The notes under the pieces are model-generated. The model ran no database searches, had not been told where the DNA came from, and worked only from the letters and a program-made list of their open reading frames with translations. 40,900 nt of DNA from an uncultured bacterium (GTDB taxonomy: Bacteria; CSSED10-310; CAZUFC01). The stretch is from the NCBI GenBank assembly GCA_964619725.1, contig CAZUFC010000075.1:1-40900 (forward strand). Direction: 5' to 3'. Below, one piece after another: positions 30,989 through 40,900 of this stretch. The position numbers were made by a program, and so were the translations under genes. Within the stretch, counting starts at the first letter, position 1. Each line of letters opens with the position of its first letter.

Positions 30989-33900
30989 CTATCTTCGGTC
31001 CGGGGGGCGCTTAAAAACGCCGAAAACCATGAGAGCGCTCAGAAACAGAAGCAGTATACCGGTTCCGAAGAGTCCGGTCACCGGAATGGGACCTGCTGTT
31101 GGGATCGCTGTCAGGGTGGGAGTGACAGTGGGGACGAAGGTCAGTGTTGGGGTCGGTATAGTAGTGGGCGTATCGGTGGGCGTTACAGTAGGAATGTTTG
31201 TTGGTGTGTCAGTGGTTGTTGCGGTGGGTGTGTTGGTGGGCGTTTCAGTTAATGTTGTGGTGGGCGTGACGGTGGGTGTGCCGGTGGGCGTGACGGTGGG
31301 TGTTTCTGAGGGGGTGGTGGTCGCCGTGGGCGTAGGAGGATCCAGCGGCGAGGCGCCAGTGCTGCCGATGGTGAACTGTCCGAAGCTATTTATGCTGTCG
31401 AATGTTACCGTCGTTTCCGTCACTGCTGCAGCGCCGGTTGCGATCTCCATCCATTCGTCGTCGCTGTTGAAGCCGCGGTGGTAGAGAATCAGGTTCGCCG
31501 CATCCTCCGGGTCAAGGCAGCCGTAGGGGAGGGAGAAGGTCATTTCGGCGGAAAACTCACCGGGATCAGTAAAGCCGTGATCCACCCAATATCGATCCGG
31601 CAAAACATTGCCGCTGCCCCCGGGCGCGGGCAGGATGTTCGGCGCAAGGGAGAGTTGGTTATTGAAAAGGTCCACGGCATAATCGTACGGATTACCGGTA
31701 TCATCAATGGTGACATTGCCCAGTGTCACGACTTGATTCTGAACATCATGCATATAATCGCAGGTACCGCTCCCACAGGGGACAGTGGACGTGATCCAGG
31801 AGGTTTCATCCATGTTTTCAAGGGTGCAGTACAGGCCGGTGGCGCTATCCCGGGAGGTTGATCCCGATCCTTCGTTGAACTGCCAGTAGCCGACCAAACC
31901 CGGTTGAAAATCGTCAAAAGTACGATGCATATATTCGCGGACCTGGTCCCCGGTACGGCCTGTATTCCATAATCGGACCTCATCGATTTTACCGTCAAAG
32001 TGCCTGCCTTGCATATGGATATTTTCACCGATCGTTACCGGATAATTGTGCCGTGAAATCGTACCTGTGGTCGGAATGGAAACATCCAAGACTCCGTCAA
32101 TATAGATGTATTTCATTTGTCCGTCATAAACAGCGGCAACATGATGCCATTGGCCGTCGTTGACATTGATATAGCCTCGCAACTCGCCATTTGATAAACC
32201 ATAAGTGTAGAACATAATATTGTCGGTTTGATTGTATCTCATAAGTTTCCACGAACCTACATTTCTTGTAACAATTGCCTGCCAGGGTTTGGTAAAGGAA
32301 TCCACACGAATCCAAGCCTCCACCGTCATGGCGTCAGTGAAACTGTAACCTGCTTCGTTGGGTAGAACCGCATAATCGTCGACACCGTCAAAATCCAGGG
32401 CTGTGCCGGGAACCTGATCTAGATAGCTGTCCTGTAGTACGAAATTCTGAACGGTTGTATTATGCGCGCTGACTGCAATCCCGGATGCGGTTTCAAATAC
32501 GTATGCCGGTGCAATCACTACCATATCCAAGTTTCCGGGATAACATGGGATAGTATATGTCCCGTCCGGTCCCGTCTGATCCGAAAAGGAGGTCCCGTTT
32601 ACAGTTACCGCTGCACCGTTGATGGGCGTCATACTGCTGTCTGTCACCGTTCCGGTTATGTAACCGTTGATATATCCCGTAAATCCGAAGGAATCGATAC
32701 TCCACCCGCAACCGGTCAGCCCGGCGTTTGTCGGTCCCATTCCGAACCTGATTTGAACGTCGGGACCGGCAGCATACTCGGCAATGTCATATTCCACACA
32801 TTCCCAATGATCCGCCTCCATCCAAGTTGTATTTTCCCATATTCGATGCCAGGCGGAACCGTCGTACACTTCAAGGCAAGCATTATCATACATTGCATGA
32901 TCCACGCCCAGCCATCGCTGGAATACCAGGTGAATATCCACACTGTCGGAGAAATCGTAAATCGGGCTGTACAGCCATTCCGTCTCGGACATGTTGTCCG
33001 GGTAGCAGCCGCCGATTTCATACCCCAGAACCGTTCCTTCACCGGACACATCATAATCCGGATCATGCCCGTACATACAACCGGTGCCGGCAACGGCAGC
33101 GCCCCACTGCCAGCCGTTACCGCTTGCGGCGGGATCAAGCGTCCAGGCGGAAGTGGGATCAGAGGTGAAATCTTCGTAATGGAGCAGTGCTCGGGTGAGG
33201 ACGTCAAGTGATTGCTGTTCGTCGGTTGCGTCAGAGGATACACTAACAACGAAAGAATCCGTTCCCGAATATGAAGGTAAGGTTGTTACCGCCAGGAAAT
33301 CTGCAGACGAGCATGGGTCCACCTGGATCTCGGTAATCGGCGAATAAGCCGGGTCGGTGAATTGGACCGGCCAAAGGTTATCAGTGTGGGTAAACGTATA
33401 CGTGTCCGTGAGAGAACCGCAATTGGCGATGGTCAGGACATGTGCAACCGTATCATATATGCTGCCCCATTTCTCGTCCATGTCGCAATTGAGTTCGAAA
33501 CAATTGACTGGATATTCTTCAATACCGATGCCATCAACGGCGACTGAACAGATATCCCAGGATACCGTAGCGGCGCGGAAACGGAAGGAGACGACCTGAT
33601 CCTCATAGGGGCAGAGATTAATGGTCGCTTCATTCCAACCGTCACCCTGGGAGCCTTCCCGCAACCAGATAGTGTTCCAGGTTTCGCAGTCGTCTTCAGA
33701 AATATCCACATACAGACCTTGGTCCGTGTCGACATACATATAGTAGTTGAACGTCAGAAGGGCGGGTCCGATGACGGATAAATCCAGACAAACGCCGTCC
33801 AGAAGGGCTGTCGAGGATGCACTTCCTTCAGAGTAAACGCTTAAATAATAGTCGCCGTCTGGAGTGGCTGAAGGGCCGATCGGCCAGATTGGCGATGTTC

Positions 33901-36900
33901 CCTGGCGGCGTATCCAGTCTAAATCATCAAACGGAGAGTTGTTCCAGGCGCCCAATCCGGACTCGAAGCTTGCATGGTAGGGGAATTCCGTAATGTTTTG
34001 AAGACAGCAATATTCGGCAATCGGCGTCGGCGTTTGTGGTATTTCCGTCGGCGGAACCGTGGTTGTCGGCGTGGGTGTCAGGCTGGGTGTAGGACTCGGT
34101 CCGTAGAGGGGTGAATCGCCGGAGCTGCCGACGGTGAATTGTCCGAAAGCATTGACGTTGTCAAAGGTCACTGTGGTGGCGGTTACGTCGGATGCGCCGG
34201 AAACGATTGTCGACCAAGAGCCGTCGCTGTTAGCCGGGCGATGATACAGGGCCAGGTTTGCAGCATCCCCTGTTTCCAGATAACCGGTGGGCAAGGTTAA
34301 GGTTATATTAGCTGAAAACGTTCCGGGATCGGAAAATCCGTAATCCACCCAATACCTGTCCTCGAGGACATAGTTATTGCCGCCGGGAGAGGGCAGCAGG
34401 TTCGGCGTGCAACCGATTTCTGTGTTGAAAATATCCACCGCCGTATCATACGGGTCCCAGGTATCATCAATGACCACATTGCCAAGGGTAACGGATCGAT
34501 TCTGAACGCTGTGTTCATAAACACATGTTCCGTTTCCTATGGGTACGGTGGAAGCAATCCAGGCCGAAGCATCCATGTTCTCCAATGAGCCTTCAATTCC
34601 AAGGCAATCAACGGCGCTGTCGCCGGAACCTTCATTAAATTGCCAGTATCCCACCAGGTCCGCATCAAACTCCTGTATAGGAAGACTCAGATGCATTAAC
34701 TCACGGATTCGGTCTGCAGTCCGAGCCGTACACCAGATACGCACTTCATCCATTTTCCCGTCAAAATGCCGTCCTGTTCCCTCGCCGTTCTCGCCGAACA
34801 TCACGCTATAATCATTGGTGTTAATATTCCCGTCGGCAACGGTTGATGCGTCCGCAACGCCGTTGATATAAAGGTATTTCATAGCGCCGTCATAGACACC
34901 TGCAACATGATGCCATTGTCCGTCGGTCAGGCTTGCCGCACTTGGTAAGTCAACGTTAGATAAACCGCTGGTACTGAAACAGATCATATCGGTTTCAGCA
35001 TACCTGGCCAACCGCCATGCGTTGTCGCCTTTGGTGATGATTGCCTGCCATGGCTTGGAAAAGGAATCCACCCGGATCCACGCCTCTATTGTCATGGCAT
35101 CTGTGAAGTCGAAGAGGTATTCATCCGATACGGCGACATAATCATCGTCACCGTCAAAATCCAGGGCATGACCGGGATAATCCGCGACATAAATATCCGG
35201 TAGAGAAACATCTTGGAACGTTGTGTCTTTTTCATACACGGTGAGGTCGTATACGTAAGCATCTTTGTAGCCTGTTCGTCGAGCGATCAGGTCAACGCTT
35301 CCGGGAACGCACGCGAACGTAAATGCACCGTCGGATTCGGTAATGTCCGAATAGGGTTCGCCGATCACCCTCACGGTGGCGCCGGTTATGGGTGCGCCCT
35401 GAGTATCGGTAACGGTTCCGGAAATATATCCGGCGATCACGCCTGTAAATCCGAAGGAATCGAAATTCATTCCACCGGCGTGCAAGTGACTGTCACCGGA
35501 TGTAACGCCGAAGCGTATCCGTGTGTCCGAACCGGCCGCATATTCTGAAATGTCATAAACGCATTCGGTCCATTCCGTATCGCAAAATGCATAGCAATAT
35601 TCCCATATTCGATTCCAGGCTTCGCCGTCATAGACTTCAATAAAATGGTCATCATCATAGGCTGTTAACCAGCGCATGAAAACCAGGTGAATATCAGCGA
35701 AACCGGTAAAATCATACGAGGGACTCGTTCCCCATTCCGGTGTTTCTATGTCAGAACGTACACAATTACCGATCGAAAACCCGACGATTTTCCCTTCACC
35801 GGTATAATCATGATCCGGATCATTGCCGTTGTGACAACCGTGACTGCCAACGGCGGTACCCCATTCCCAACTGATCCCGGAGGGAATAAAGGTCCAGGTG
35901 GAGGACACGTCGTTTGCAAAATCGTCATAATATAAGTAAGCTCGACCGGTCAGTGCTGCCGTATCCGCGGCCGTCGAGGTCATTGATTCCGCCGTAATAT
36001 TCACTGTTTCTACGTCCGTGTCTTCCGATAATACCACTACCCGGAATTGTTCGGTGAAGTACGGTGCGACTGATATATGTTCCAGGGGTGAATATGCCAT
36101 GTCCGTGATTAATATAGGGGATCTGCCGCCGGAATAATCGAGATGAAATGTTTCAGGTTGGAATCCGCAGTTGGTGATGTTAACCACGTGTCTAACACCT
36201 CCCAACGGCCCGTATTTAACGGTTGTTTCCGATTCTGATGTAAGGGTGACGCCGGGTGCGGTGACGTCTTCCACTAAAATGTTATCAACGGCGATGTCGT
36301 CCCATATAATTGCACTGGTAAAATCTCCCAGAAAACGGATGGCAATAGTCCGGTCCGTGTATTGACTCAAATCTACAGCAGCAAGGTTCCACCTTCCCCC
36401 CTGGTCGCCGACGAATTGACAAACGGTTGTCCATGTTTGGCACTCGTCTTCTGAAATAGCTACCTTCAACCCCGGACTCCCGCCGAATATAGCCGCTATG
36501 GAATACCGGAATGTCAACCAGGGGTGCTCCATTCCTGTCAGATCAAAACAAACTCCGTCTAATTGCAGAACTATAGGTACGTAGTATACAAATTGATAAC
36601 TGTAATTGAGATAATAATAACCCTCCTGCGCGCAGGGAGGTCTCCCGAAACCGGGCGCTCTTCCCGACCGGACTTCCCAATCTGCATCGTCAAACGGTGA
36701 ATTGAGCCAGTATCCCAAACCGGACTCAAAACTTTCCGTGTACGGAAATGATGTGACTGTCTCCCAACAGCAGTAATCAGGGAAAGGCGTAGGAGTCGGA
36801 CTCGGGATAGAGGTTGCCGTTGGGGTCGGCGTCGGTTGCTTTAGAAGAGAAGTGCCGGAACTGCCGATGGTGAACTGGCCGAAGGAATCAACACCGTCGA

Positions 36901-37987
36901 ATGTCACCGTTGTCGCCGTAACGTCTGACGCGCCGGTGACGATTTCCGACCAGGCGCCGTAGTCGTTGAAGGCACGATTGTATAGCCTCAAGCCTGCAGC
37001 GTCCCCTGTGTCAAGGTATCCGACCGGAAGCGTGAATGTGATTTGACATGAAAACACGCCGGGATCGGTAAAGCCGTGAACAACCCAATATCTGTCCTCC
37101 AGCACATTGTCGCTGCCGCCGGGGGAAGGCAGGAGGTTCGGCGCTAGGGCGAGTTCAGCGCTGAACAGGTCCACAGCAGTGTCGTACGGATCTGCTGTGT
37201 CTTCAATAATCACATTACCCAGCATGACGGATTGATTCTGCACCCCGCTCTGAAAATCACACGTACCGCTGCCGACAGTAACCGTCGATGCCGTCCAGTT
37301 CGACTCGTCCATATTGGTCAGAGCGCCGTCGTTTTCTCCGGCGCTGTCTTCGGCGACCGTCCCGCTTCCGTCGTTGAACTGCCAGTACCCCACGAGGTCC
37401 GTTTCGTCGCCCTGAAGCGTCAGATGCATGGTCTCGCGGACCTGGGCTCCGGTTCGCGCCCCGCTCCAGATGCGCACTTCCTCGATTTCACCGTCAAAGC
37501 TCCTGCCGGTTATTTCCAAGTTCTCACCGAACGCAACCTGGTGACTGCTGTCGGGAATGCTGCCGATAACTTCCGTCGAACCGTCCAATCACCCGTCCAC
37601 ATACAGATATTTCCAGGAGCCGTCAAACACCGCAGCCACATGATGCCACTGCCCGTCGTTGACCTCAGCGCTTCCATCGAGGTCTTCGTTTGAAAGGCCG
37701 GTTGTGCCGAATGAAAGCGTGTTCGAAACCCCGTATCGATGGAGACGCCAGGAGGAATCACCCTTGGTGATAAGCGCTTGCCATTCTTTGGTAAACGAAT
37801 CAACCTTGATCCAAGCTTCCACCGTCATGGCAGCAGCAAAATCAAACGCTGGTTCATTGGGGATAATGACGTAATCGTCAATCCCGTCAAAATCCAGGGC
37901 TGTCCCAGGGGTGCCGGCCGCCGCCGATGTTAGTATGACCGTGGCCGCTGTAGTAAAAAATATAAGTGCGATCATGATACGTTTCAT
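30989..37987 (-). CDS. Giant (~2330-codon) surface adhesin: 3 LamG, 2 MAM, 2 cleaved-adhesin-like and 2 carboxypeptidase-regulatory-like domains, PT linkers and an IPTL-like anchor, interrupted by an in-frame TGA at 37589-37591
   Basis: GGAGG then MKRIMIAL signal peptide at 37987. ORFs 37589..38029 and 30989..37588 are contiguous in frame (YVDG*LDGS). The ALDFDG.DDY module starts near 37900, 35170 and 32400. Confidence 0.8.
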
Positions 37988-38548
37988 CTTTCTCCTCCCA
38001 TGTAGCTCGGCTGCAAATAGTACATCCATAACCCGCTTCCGCTACTCGCCTGTAATCGCACCGGTTAAATGGCACAACATCTTTCCTGGCGCAGGTTACT
38101 CAAGGATAAAAAAAATATCTTACTGTCAATTTGCTTACCAGTTAAAAATAAATTTTGAATTGTACCACGCTGCTTGCATTTAGCAAGGCGGGGTTCTGAC
38201 TTTCCTTTTCTATCCAATATCCACCTGAATTCCAAGGTTTATTATGTTCATTGTTTCCAGTTGCAGCCGGTAACGGATCAGCAAGAAAAAGTCGAATATG
38301 AGTAACCGTTTCTTCGAAAGAGTCCGGCGCATTTTCCAGTTTATTTTTTCGGAGGAAAGAAGACCATTGGACAGTCTTTTGTGAATCTGAAGAAAACTCC
38401 AGCGAGATTGGGTGACAGGAATTTCAATTGCATGCCTGACCTCCTCTACCTTTTTAAATGACGTCAAGAGGGTTGAAAGAATGTTTAAAAGTTTCAACCG
38501 CCGAAATCGTAACTAGTTTTTGTCCATAAACTACCCCTAAAGGCGAAG

Positions 38549-39180
38549 GGGATCGTAATGGAATTCCGTATAGTGGAAGGGGTGATTCTCCGGATAATCG
38601 ACGGCCGTCAACTGGAACGTGTCGTCGTATTCATAATAATGAGTTCCCTGGTTCGTCGTCATTGATATTCTGTTCTCCGCTTCGTCATGGACCTATTCAA
38701 AACCGGAAATATCCCCTGATGCGACCTTTGAGTTGTAAAGAGCTCTCAACCATCCGGCATCGTTGTATTTATAATTCGTTTCTGTTCCGTTGATCGGATA
38801 ACTCATTTCCGTTCTCCTTACTGACGTATCGTAATCGAGTTCGGCGATAAGGTCAACGTTTATTCCGTCATCATAATAGGCCTGCGATAATTGATTGAAA
38901 CCGTCGAAAACTTAGTCCGCGGTCGTTCCGTCCGTGTAGGTCAGTCTGGTTCGATTTCCGATAAGGTCATATTCCGAGCAGACCGTTTTATCGTCGGGAT
39001 ACTCGGTCGAAAGGAGGCGTCCGGCATCTTAGTATGCGAATTCTGTGGTTCCGTTGATGTCCGACACCGACGTCATTCTTCCGAGATCGTCATATTCGTA
39101 AACGGTTTAAGCGGATGTCGATTCGTCGACCGGGCAGCCGTCCAGATAATACGTTTTTCTCGTCAGTCGCCCGATACCAC
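38549..39180 (-). pseudogene. Rhs/YD-repeat protein fragment
   Basis: Manual translation gives YEYDDLGRMTSV..TTEFAY*DAGRLLSTEYPD..EYDLIGNRTRLTYTDG..YKYNDAGWL..YEYDDTFQLTAVDYP. Stops lie at 39107-09, 39029-31, 38912-14 and 38693-95. Confidence 0.9.
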
Positions 39181-39184
39181 CCAC

Positions 39185-39367
39185 TAACCCGGATTTCTCA
39201 TACAAAATCGTAGTGAGAGCGTTCAGATTCCCGCAGATTCAAGCATGGCGGACTGAAGGACTGCGGAAACATAGCAGCGCTACGTTGAGCAAGGCCGCAG
39301 GGAGCAGCGCTTGAAGGTGCGGGGATATGGACGCTCGTGACAGGTTTTGTATGAGAAATGCGGGCTA
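39185..39367 (-). mobile_element. MITE family B, second copy (inverted)
   Basis: 23-bp TIRs including the flanking TA, TAACCCGGATTTCTCATACAAAA and TTTTGTATGAGAAATGCGGGCTA (21/23 match). Confidence 0.85.
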
Positions 39368-39391
39368 ATGCCGCAGCCTTAAAATCCAGCA

Positions 39392-40204
39392 TCATTCACC
39401 GCTTAACTTTCTTATCGCCTTAGCTGCTGACTCCCTGACAGGAAAAGTTGAAATTTCTCTTCCGTCTCGCTTCTTTTTCCATTCATAAGGATCATTGTCC
39501 TTTAACTGTCTCAAGACCGGAAGAACAGAAGTATCTCCCAATTCAGCAAGCGCCTCCGATGCGGCTATCCTTACGTATGCATTATCGCTATCTATTTTAT
39601 TCAAAATCGACTGTTTCAATTTAATTTGTTGTTCTTCGGTCACATTTACGCGCCCGAGCAAAAGGACTTTTGTTTTCAACGCTCCTATCCATAATTCCTG
39701 ATTAACGCTGCTGTTCAAAGATTCATTAAGCGGAGAAACGGCTTCTTTGCCGAAATCCGCTATGGCCTGCTGCACCTTTATTGAACAGATTGAACCAGGT
39801 ATTAATGCAGGGATGACTTTTTTATCTTTTATCTTTGTCGCAACGCTGAGAAGATTAAGATAATATTCCCCGCGTCCCTCATTCAGCGTCGGCTTCAAAT
39901 CTTCCTCATAAATTTTCCTTCTCCACCATTGCTCCTTGCGTGCGCTTTCTTTTTTCAGCAAACTTATCAATGCATCCTGAACATTTTGTTTTTCAATTTT
40001 ACCCCGTAAGTTTTCAACAGCCCTGTCCTTTGTTTTCCAATCAGGCGATTTCAGCATTTTCAACGCTTCCTGAATAGTATCCTCATCTTTATCATTATCA
40101 TTACTTGCCTTTAAGCTGTCGTTTATCCCGGCTTTAAAACATGAAAACAAAAGTAAAATAATACAAACGATCAACCTTATCTTCACAAATATAAATTTTT
40201 TCAT
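39392..40204 (-). CDS. Exported HEAT-repeat protein
   Basis: GAGGAG RBS before MKKFIFV and an N-terminal hydrophobic segment. Contains VRIAASEALAELGDTSVLPVL and PVRESAAKAI repeats. AT-rich. Confidence 0.85.
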   Translation of the reverse strand: MKKFIFVKIRLIVCIILLLFSCFKAGINDSLKASNDNDKDEDTIQEALKMLKSPDWKTKDRAVENLRGKIEKQNVQDALISLLKKESARKEQWWRRKIYEEDLKPTLNEGRGEYYLNLLSVATKIKDKKVIPALIPGSICSIKVQQAIADFGKEAVSPLNESLNSSVNQELWIGALKTKVLLLGRVNVTEEQQIKLKQSILNKIDSDNAYVRIAASEALAELGDTSVLPVLRQLKDNDPYEWKKKRDGREISTFPVRESAAKAIRKLSGE

Positions 40205-40230
40205 TTTTTTCTGACTCCTCATTGTTTTGT

Positions 40231-40412
40231 TATGGCCAATCAGCATGTACCCATATGCCGGTATCTTCGTAATCCTCCATATAATTCGCTCCTTCAATTA
40301 AACATTCAAAAGCAAAATTAACCAATCAGAATATTCAACTTGCCCATCAAGGTTAAAATCTTCTACCAATAAATCAACGGCATCCCCCGGTCAGTAAATG
40401 TGCGCACCTTTT
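40231..40412 (-). pseudogene. Possible peptidase-M15-like C-terminal remnant
   Basis: GAHIY*PGDAVDLLVEDFNLDGQVEYSDWLI, then a frameshift, then AFECLIEGANYMEDYEDTGIWVHADWP*. This resembles the H-x6-D plus HxD zinc motifs. Confidence 0.45.
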
Positions 40413-40723
40413 GGGATTGATCAAACTGTGGTTACACTTCTTTCAAAACGTTTGACAGTTTTTTTCAGTAATCGGTATCGGAGTCGGTATCGCAATCGGT
40501 TCCGGGGTCGGAGTCGCAATCGGTATCGGAGTCGCAATCGGTATCGGAGTCGCAATCGGTATCGGAGTCGGGGTCGGTATCGCAATCGGTATCGGCATCG
40601 CAATCTGTATCGGCATCGGTATCTGTATCGGCATCGGTATCGCAATCTTTATCGAAATCGAAACAAAATGACAGACGTTTCTGTCGAATTGTAACCTCAA
40701 AAGAGGCTTTTTTGATCAATGCC
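40413..40723 (+). mobile_element. MITE family A copy with 32 hexamers and a 9-bp target-site duplication
   Basis: GCACCTTTT occurs at 40404-40412 and 40724-40732. TIRs GGGATTGATCAAA and TTTGATCAATGCC match at 12/13. The array spans 40471-40662. Confidence 0.92.
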
Positions 40724-40900
40724 GCACCTTTTTCAATACTCCGGATACTTCAACGAAAGAATCCTCAGAAACATAACCCTCAATTAAAACATAACATTTA
40801 TTGGTAACGGAATCAATTGTGTTCGGGAAAATCTCACGATATCGTCAAAGTAATTAGCATTTTTTTGAATTGATTTTTTGAAAAAAATCAATTCAAAAAA

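Noticed and set aside
38210-38497. 95-aa minus-strand ORF
   Set aside because: TTG start, no RBS and no recognisable motif. It may be a remnant but cannot be supported.
38527-38552. AACTACCCCTAAAGG..AGGGG resembling an IS200/IS605 end
   Set aside because: Too short and degenerate, with no tnpA, tnpB or iscB nearby.

Overview
This is a bacterial window rich in genes for secreted or surface proteins, probably from an uncultivated diderm lineage. The P/T linkers and C-terminal domains recall candidate division CSSED10-310 proteins, but that placement is from memory and unverified. The ordinary genes are uvrB, a TolC-MacA-MacB efflux operon, a sulfatase-fold enzyme, a flavodoxin-like protein, an APH(6)-like kinase and a HAD hydrolase. 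Five things stand out. (1) Four unrelated secreted proteins share a ~115-aa C-terminal domain, a candidate lineage-specific secretion or anchoring signal, and three other proteins carry a second, IPTL-CTERM-like signal. (2) A non-autonomous transposon family has GGnnTGATCA ends. Two copies contain variable-length RTCGNN hexamer arrays, one with a perfect 9-bp target-site duplication, and a third pair of ends brackets a membrane-protein gene plus a duplicated macB 3' end. (3) There is a second ~180-bp MITE family and a lone attC-like site. (4) Two large surface-protein genes are each interrupted by a single in-frame TGA. (5) A decayed Rhs / peptidase-M15-like / HEAT locus is missing from the ORF track, as is a candidate small RNA.
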